The position numbers and the translations under genes are program-made. Below the pieces are notes generated by a model. It was not told the DNA's origin. It saw only the letters and a list, made by a program, of their open reading frames with translations, and did no database searches. This document shows, piece by piece, positions 57,369 to 64,000 of a DNA stretch of 64,000 bases (the stretch's first letter is position 1; every line of letters begins with the position of its first letter). Origin of the DNA: Phaeosaccion multiseriatum (taxonomy: Eukaryota > Protista > Ochrophyta, other classes); assembly GCA_965112735.1 (NCBI GenBank), contig OZ218956.1:3348001-3412000 (forward strand), given 5' to 3'.

Positions 57369-57400
<32 letters not shown>

Positions 57401-57431
57401 GTGTCTGTCTGTCTGTGTGTGTGTGTCTGCC

Positions 57432-57494
<63 letters not shown>

Positions 57495-57515
57495 GTGTGT
57501 CTGTCTGCCTCTGTG

Positions 57516-57562
<47 letters not shown>

Positions 57563-57597
57563 ATGTATGTCTGTGTGTGTCTCTGTCTGCCTCTGTG

Positions 57598-57650
<53 letters not shown>

Positions 57651-57735
57651 GTCTGCCTCTGTGTGTCTGTCTGTCTGTGTGTCTGTGTGTCTGTGTGTCT
57701 GTCTGTCTGTCTGCCTGTCTGTTTGTCTGTCTGTG

Positions 57736-57786
<51 letters not shown>

Positions 57787-57874
57787 GTGTGTGTGTGTCT
57801 GGGTGTCTGTCTGTCTGTCTGTGTGTGTGTTTGTGTCTGTCTGTGTGTCTGTGTGTCTGTCTTTTGGCTCTGTG

Positions 57875-57908
<34 letters not shown>

Positions 57909-58059
57909 GTGGGTGTCTGTCTGTCTGTGTGTCTGTCTGTCTGCATGTCTGTCTGTCTGTCTGTCTGTCTGTATGTATGTCTGTCTGTCTGCATGTCTGT
58001 CTGTCTGTCTGTGTGTATGTCTGTATGTCTGTCTGTGCGTCTTTCTGTCTGCCTCTGTG

Positions 58060-58091
<32 letters not shown>

Positions 58092-60261
58092 CCTCTGTCG
58101 GTGCTCCCATGCCTTCTCACGGACCGCAACATACACGCGCTCTCTTCTCCTTCTCTCTATACACACATGTATGTATCTCCATCTTCCGCCCTCTCTCTCT
58201 TTTCCCTCTCCTTACGTACCACAGAGACGCCTGATTTAATCTCAGCGGAAACAAGCATGCGGCTCTGCGCGGTGCTCATCACAGCGCAGAGGCTGGTTCG
58301 AACCCTGCAAAGGCGTGAAAGAAATCGACCAAACACCGAGATGAGAGGGGGGGGGGGAGGCCAACTGAGAAAGCAGATTCGTCGCCTTGTATTACTCACG
58401 CAGAGCCCCCGCCTAGCACAGCAAAATGAAACGCAAATGAAACGCATTGTACCAACCCGACACATACACAGACATACACACGAAAGAGCTAAAAGGATAG
58501 GGGTACTCCACTCACTCTAAATCCGACTGTGGCTATAGTCTCTCTCTCCCTTCCTCTCTCTCCTCTCTCTCCCTGTCTCCCTCTCTTTCTCTTGGTGTCA
58601 CTCCACTCATTCTGGCTCTCACTGAGACTGGTGTCTCTCTCCTCTCCTCTCCTCTCCCCCACCCTCCCTCCCTCTCTCTCTCTCTCTCTCACTCCACTCA
58701 CTCTGACTCAGTGACCAATCGCAGACAGGACCCCAGCTCCTGAAAGAAGACGTTGATGAGGGAGTTTTCCCGCGTCCCCACTAGGCCGGTAGCGAGGGAG
58801 GGACCGAGCCGGGGCCGCTTCTCCATCGGCACAATGGCCTGGTGCGGCGAGGAGGGAGGAGACGTGACGTCATATCATGGTGTGGTGAGGAGGGAGGAAA
58901 CACCCACACACCGCACCACAGCATACCCAAGCATGGCCAAGCATAGCCGCCCAGCATCACAAGCAACGCAACATGCAACAAGAGACGGACACAAACATGT
59001 ACGTGTGTGTGAGAGCGAGAGAGTGAGAAACGCACAGCGTACCGCACCAAGCCCGCCACGCACGCACCCACCCACTCACGCACGCACCCACCCACCCACT
59101 CACGCATGCACCCACACACGCACCCACCCACTCACGCACGCACCCACCCACTCACGCATGCACCCACACACGCACCCACCCACCAACCACGCACGCACCC
59201 ACACACGCACCCACCCATCAACCACGCACGCACCCACACACCCACCCACCAACCACGCACGCACCCACGCACGCACCCACCTTGTCTCTGCATACCCTCG
59301 TGTAGAGGCACTCCCGCTGCAGGTTTCTACAGAGGCTGCAGGGGCTCTTGCCGTCTCCGTCGCATCTTCGCTTACGGTGCGCACACACGTCGCACGCCCG
59401 AGCATTGAGACCTCCCCGGCGCTTAGGGACGGTCTTGGTCACTTGCTGCTTCCCCCATCCTCCTGCTCCACCTCCTCCTCCCCCTCCTCCTCCTCCTCCG
59501 GCTCCTGCTCCTGCTCCAGCTCCTCCTCCTCCTCCTCCTCCTCCTCCTCCTCCTCCTCCTTCCCTTGCTAATGGTTCTGATGATGCTGATCTTGCGGTTG
59601 CGGCTGCAGGGACTGCCACTGCTGCTGGTGCTGCTACTGCTGCTGCTGCTGCTGGTTGAGGTGGAGTCAAGGCGGAGGAGGAGGGGGTCTCTTTGTATTG
59701 ACCGCGCTGCTGCTGCTGCTGAGGCAGAGGGCCCTTCTGCTCGCGAATTCTGTGTAAGACAGCTGCTGCGGCTGCTGCAGATGATGAAAACGAAACGGGT
59801 ATGGGGAGAGCTTCTTGTTGCTGCATGCTGTTGATGCTGCTGCTGCTGCTGCTGCTGCTTTCGCCGCTCAGGCTCCTGCTCCCCCTGCTGCCGCTGATCG
59901 TGCTGCCGCTGCTCCTGCTGTTGCTGTTGCTGCTGCTCCTGCTCCTGCTGTTCCCGTTGTTCCCTAGTGATGGTGGTGAAAAGGACTCGTCGCTTGTGGA
60001 TGTACTCCTATCCGAGTCCCTTCCTCCTGATGATGTGTCTACGCCTCTTGCTCCTCCACCACCACCACCTCCTCCTCCTCCTCCTCCACCACCACCACCA
60101 CCACCACCACCTCTTCCTTCTACTGCTTCTACTCCTGGACCTCCTTCTCCCCCTGCCGGTGCTGCAGCCCCTGATGCTTGCGACCTAGCCTCCCATCCTT
60201 CTTGCCCTCCTCCTCCTCCTCCTCCAAACTTCGGCCTCGCTTCTCTATGTTCCCATTCCAT
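52596..60261 (-). CDS. Zn2Cys6 transcription factor, copy B
   Basis: CDVCAHRKRRCDGDGKSPCSLCRNLQREC, with the same exon series as copy A. The first and last exons are open. Confidence 0.8.
57320..58092. repeat. (CTGT)n-rich microsatellite, ~770 bp in copy B versus ~140 bp in copy A (47812-47952)
   Basis: Direct comparison of the paralogous introns. Confidence 0.9.
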
Positions 60262-60631
60262 CTCCGGTGGTGCTGCCTTCCAGGCCCACCCAGCCCGTTC
60301 ACTGCTGCTCTGCTGATCTTCCCATCCAGTCCGAGGCACTAGCTGCCGCTATCTCCCTCCATCAAAGCACGAAAGCAGTACTGTCGCACAATGGGTGAAA
60401 ATGAAGGGAGGAAGAAGAAAGTATTTAGTAGACTGTTGAATGGGCGAGCGGTTGTCAGTGAATTAGAGGAGAGCTCTAAGATCTTCTTTCACTCCCCACC
60501 CCCCCCCTGAGCAGAGATAATCGAGCAGAGAGCGAAAAAGCCAGCCTAAAATCAGAACTCCGAACTCCGCCCAAATCAGAACGCCCAAACATCTTTTTGA
60601 GCCCTTTTTCTTAATTCGCCTTTTATAATTT

Positions 60632-60987
60632 ACTGTGATTTCGCGGTTGAGTGGCACTTTTTACGCCCCCCCGCCCCATTAATTTTTTTTTACGCCAAAT
60701 GACGACTTTTTTTACGACGTTTGACGACGTTTGACGACGCTTTAGCCCCCTATTTGACGCCCTTTGACGCCCTTTTATCTTAATTCGCCTTAATTTCGTC
60801 TAAAAAAAATCACGTAAAAAAAAATCACGGAAAAGGGCGTAAAAGGGCGTCAAAAGGCGTCAAAGTGGGTAAAAAAGGGGGCTAAAGCGTCGTCAAACGT
60901 CGTCAAACGTCGTCAAAGTACTCGTCATTTGGCGTAAAAAAAAATTCACGGGGCGTCAAAAGTGCCACTCAACCGCGAAATCACAGT
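60632..60987. mobile_element. Palindromic non-autonomous DNA transposon (MITE), ~356 bp
   Basis: TIRs ACTGTGATTTCGCGGTTGAGTGGCACTTTT / AAAAGTGCCACTCAACCGCGAAATCACAGT (30/30). Imperfect complementarity continues inward through TTTGACG/CGTCAAA subterminal repeats. AT-rich, no transposase ORF. Confidence 0.85.
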
Positions 60988-61608
60988 TCACATTTCACAT
61001 CTTGAGAACATCGCTCTCTTTCACAAGTTGAACATCTCTTTCACATCACTCCCCTTGCGTGAGACTTGTGAGACAAGAAGGCTCGGGAGACGGGGAGACG
61101 GGAGGCAAGGAGGTACGGCCTCCACCCACTGCTCGGAGCATGGAGGGACGCTGGCTGAATCAATACACGCACGCATCAACCCGAGAATCCACCGCTTGTC
61201 AAACCAAGGACTCAGGGTGAGAGGAGCGGATACTATTGCCCCTTTGGTGACCTGCTTGCCACCCTTGCCTACCCCTCCCCTCCTCGGTGCTCATCCCAGC
61301 AGCTCCCCCCCCCCTTCGTGTCCCGGTTTTTGCTGGCTCTTCACACCATGCACTTCGTTCGACGAAGCAACAATAATCGGCAATAACAACAGCACACGCA
61401 CCAGCCAGAACCACAGCCATGAAGCCAAAGAAGGCATGGCGCTGTGATGAAGCAACAAAGGCCAGGCAGGTGGCCTGTCCTTTCATTTCCCTTCCTTTCC
61501 ACCTTCGCTAAATAGTCCATTCGGTGGGCCTCCAGTCATTGAGTCTCTAAGGTGACTTACTCCGTGGTATGCGGCCCCAGCCCGCTTGACACGAAACATG
61601 AACAGCTC

Positions 61609-63321
61609 CTATTCCATGGCCAGCCCGCTAGCCACGAGTACGCTGGAGAGCTTGCCCATCATCTCCATGGCCTCGGCGTCGTCGGAGAACTTTTTGATGA
61701 AGCCCTCGGGGCCCGACGTCATCACCTGTCGGCAGAGCAAGAGTAAGCAGGGTAGAGCAGAACAGTTGGTGATACAGAGCAGAACCGTTCGTGATAGAAG
61801 TGTGTGTGAGTGGCGAGCACGCCACGCACAGAGCAGAGGCCCTGCGAAACGCCCATCCAGAGACCTCGGTGGACCATTTGCTTGTGTACCAGTGCCACGT
61901 GTACAGGGATGTGTGTGTGTGCGTGGGCTTGCGTAGTGGACTAGGCCCAAGAACATGTGTATGTTCTGCGGACCCTTTCGCTTGCCACCTGTCCGTCCCT
62001 CTCGGTAATGTAAGGCCCTTTCCAATTCAACGTCTTAGTATGAGCCAAAGTCTTGGCTGATACAACACCCAACAGTGGACGAAAAAAGAAAACTGACACG
62101 TCCTCACCTCCTTCATGATTCCCTGCATCTTGGGGTTCTGTAGCAGCCCCATCAGCTCGGGGTTGCTCATGGCTTTTTGCATCATTTCCGGCGTGAACCC
62201 CCCGGGGAGCTTTCCCTCTGAATCAGTCATTTGCTTTAAAGTCTCCTGTACAGTATGGAAAGAAGTTGAGAATCAAGGGCGCAGTCTGCAAGTTCAGGGG
62301 TGCGAGCGCAAAAAAAAAGCATAGCAAGTATCCCCTTCCCTTCTTCCCTCCATCCCTCCCTTCTTCCTGCCCCTCCCCCCCCCCCCATACCATCTCCCTC
62401 CCTCCTCTCCTCCTCTTCCTCTTCCTCTCTCTCCTTTTGCCATCCCCCTCCCTCCCCCCCCCCTTTGTGCTCCCTCCTCCCCCTCCCAGACACCAGCCCC
62501 GCCCCCTTACCGGGTCGCTGGCCTTCTTGACCCCCTCCTGGAAGTCAGCGTCGAAGCTGGCCTTTTGCGACTCCTTGGAGAAGTCTTCCAGCACCTTGGG
62601 GTCCGCCTTGCCCAACAAACGAGCGTCTGCCAGGAGCTTGGTCAGCTCGTGCTGTGGAGCAGGCAAGACAGGCACGGGGCGTAGAGTTTAGATGGCAGCA
62701 GGCGTGGGTGTGAGGCCAAGGAACGGACGCAACGGACGCAATATGCAACAAGTAGGAAGCAGCGGCAGAAGCGGTGATATGGTGCGAGAGCAACCCTGAG
62801 CAACCCTTTTCAACGGCAGAGGCAGGCGCAGGAACGCTCTTCATTCGGGGGGATGGGGAGGAGATTCGAGCAGCATGCGACACAGGCTGAAGCGAACGAT
62901 ATCAAGAGTGAAGCCTCTCCCCCCCCCCCCTCCACCGAAGAAAGGGCGGAGGGAGAACACTGCTTGCAGAGCAGGGGGTGGAAGCAAACTGTCCACAAAA
63001 GACCTCGCTCCGCTTTCCCATTACCTTCTCGAAGCATCCCACGTAGCTCACTCCGCGCACGTCAAGCTCGGCTTTGATCTCTGCCACTCTCATTTGGTCA
63101 GGGTCCATCTCAGCGCCCTCGCTCATGGCCAACCTGCTGCCCCTGGTCCGGCGCTGTCGCACCACGGCAGCCCGCACGCGCGAAGAGCAGCTAGGACGGG
63201 AGAGTCCAGCTGCGCCGCGTGCGACCGAGCTTCTTTCTACGGATGCCGGTGGTGCTAGCGGAGTGAGGACGAAAGCGCCTGTCCACGAGGCCAGCAGGGG
63301 GAGAACAACCCATCGAAGCAT
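61609..63321 (-). CDS. Plastid-targeted STI1/DP-domain co-chaperone-like protein, 4 exons (63321-63025, 62651-62511, 62245-62108, 61725-61609)
   Basis: MLRWVVLPLLASWTGA-FVL is a bipartite plastid signal. MRVAEIKAELDVRGVSYVGCFEKHEL is a small helical SAP/LEM-like unit. MSNPELMGLLQNPKMQGIMKEVM is an STI1 motif. Confidence 0.8.
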
Positions 63322-63485
63322 TTTTGCTCCTCTCTTTCCCGATTCCAGATACCTGAACCCTTGCGAGGCACTTCTGGGGAAGCCTAATACGCGTTTCAAG
63401 GAATCAATGAAGGACGCAAGGTGGTAGAAGAGCAGGCGCGTCAAAATGCCTCCTTGAAGCTGCTTGTGGCGCGGAGAAGGAGATG

Positions 63486-63518
63486 TTCAGTTTCAGTTTC
63501 AGTTTCAGTTTCAGTTTC
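63486..63518. repeat. (TTTCAG)n short tandem repeat in the divergent promoter region
   Basis: Direct reading, about 5 units. Confidence 0.85.
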
Positions 63519-63677
63519 AATTGGTTGCCCCCTTTTCTTCAATGTCTCATTTCTCACCTTCTTCGTTCTTCGGGGTGTATGTTTCAACCTGTCCTCCTTG
63601 CTGTCACGCTCCTTAGTGTTTACGTTTCCAGAGAGAAAACAAGCCAACTGATACAGAAAGAAAGAGAGAAGAGCACC

Positions 63678-63987
63678 ATGAGTGGGGGCAAGAAATGGAT
63701 TGCTTTGATTTCGGGATCATCGCGCGGCTTTGGGAGGAGCGTCGCGGAGGAACTTGTGCGTGGAGTATGTCAGCAGCAAACTCCTTCACCCGGCGGCGGC
63801 GCCCCTGACCGTCTCCACGTCGTGCTCATAGCGCGAAGTCGAGAAGGTCTAGAGTCGACTGCTCAGGCTGTAGAGAGCATCGGGCGGGAGGCTCCTTCCC
63901 TCTCCCTCTTCACTCAACTGGAGGCGCTAGACCTGAGCAACTTGGACACGCTAGAGGAAGGGCTCGACGGAATATACGATAGAGTCG
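63678..63987 (+). CDS. Short-chain dehydrogenase/reductase, sepiapterin reductase-like, exon 1; continues beyond the window
   Basis: MSGGKKWIALISGSSRGFGRSVAEEL...HVVLIARSREGL...LDLSNLDTL, then a GTGAGT donor. The Rossmann GxSRGFG motif is present. Not listed in the ORF track. Confidence 0.8.
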
Positions 63988-64000
63988 GTGAGTCTGGGAA

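Noticed and set aside
57088-58520. Several 280-400 aa CLSV/QTDR ORFs
   Set aside because: They come from an intronic (CTGT)n expansion that is much shorter in the paralogous copy.

Overview
This is eukaryotic, GC-rich, intron-rich nuclear DNA. It is most likely from a flagellate photosynthetic stramenopile (ochrophyte), judged from two signal-peptide+'AF' plastid presequences, an axonemal inner-arm dynein and an ochrophyte-type Zn2Cys6 factor. Most long ORFs in the ORF track are translations of intronic microsatellites, so the genes were spliced by hand. In order they are: the 3' end of a DNAH10-like dynein, a DUF3007 plastid protein, PAK1IP1/MAK11, a DESI2-like peptidase, a pirin lacking its HPH motif, a decayed gene with fold-back inversions, MCU, a 22-exon receptor, prefoldin 3, RRN3, a ~10 kb tandem duplication (two Zn2Cys6 genes, an RRN3 5' relic and a MITE), a plastid STI1-domain protein, and the start of a sepiapterin-reductase-like SDR. 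The main discovery is the ~1339-aa receptor at 19475-31868 (minus strand). It fuses a bacterial ABC-type (MalE-like, type II) solute-binding domain and a Cys-rich linker to a class C (GABA-B-like) 7TM GPCR domain. It only assembles in frame with an 8-nt microexon. A second notable signal is a dense run of 3-bp-duplication+filler scars, resembling transposon excision footprints, in the dead RRN3 copy. All family assignments come from recalled motifs, not database searches.
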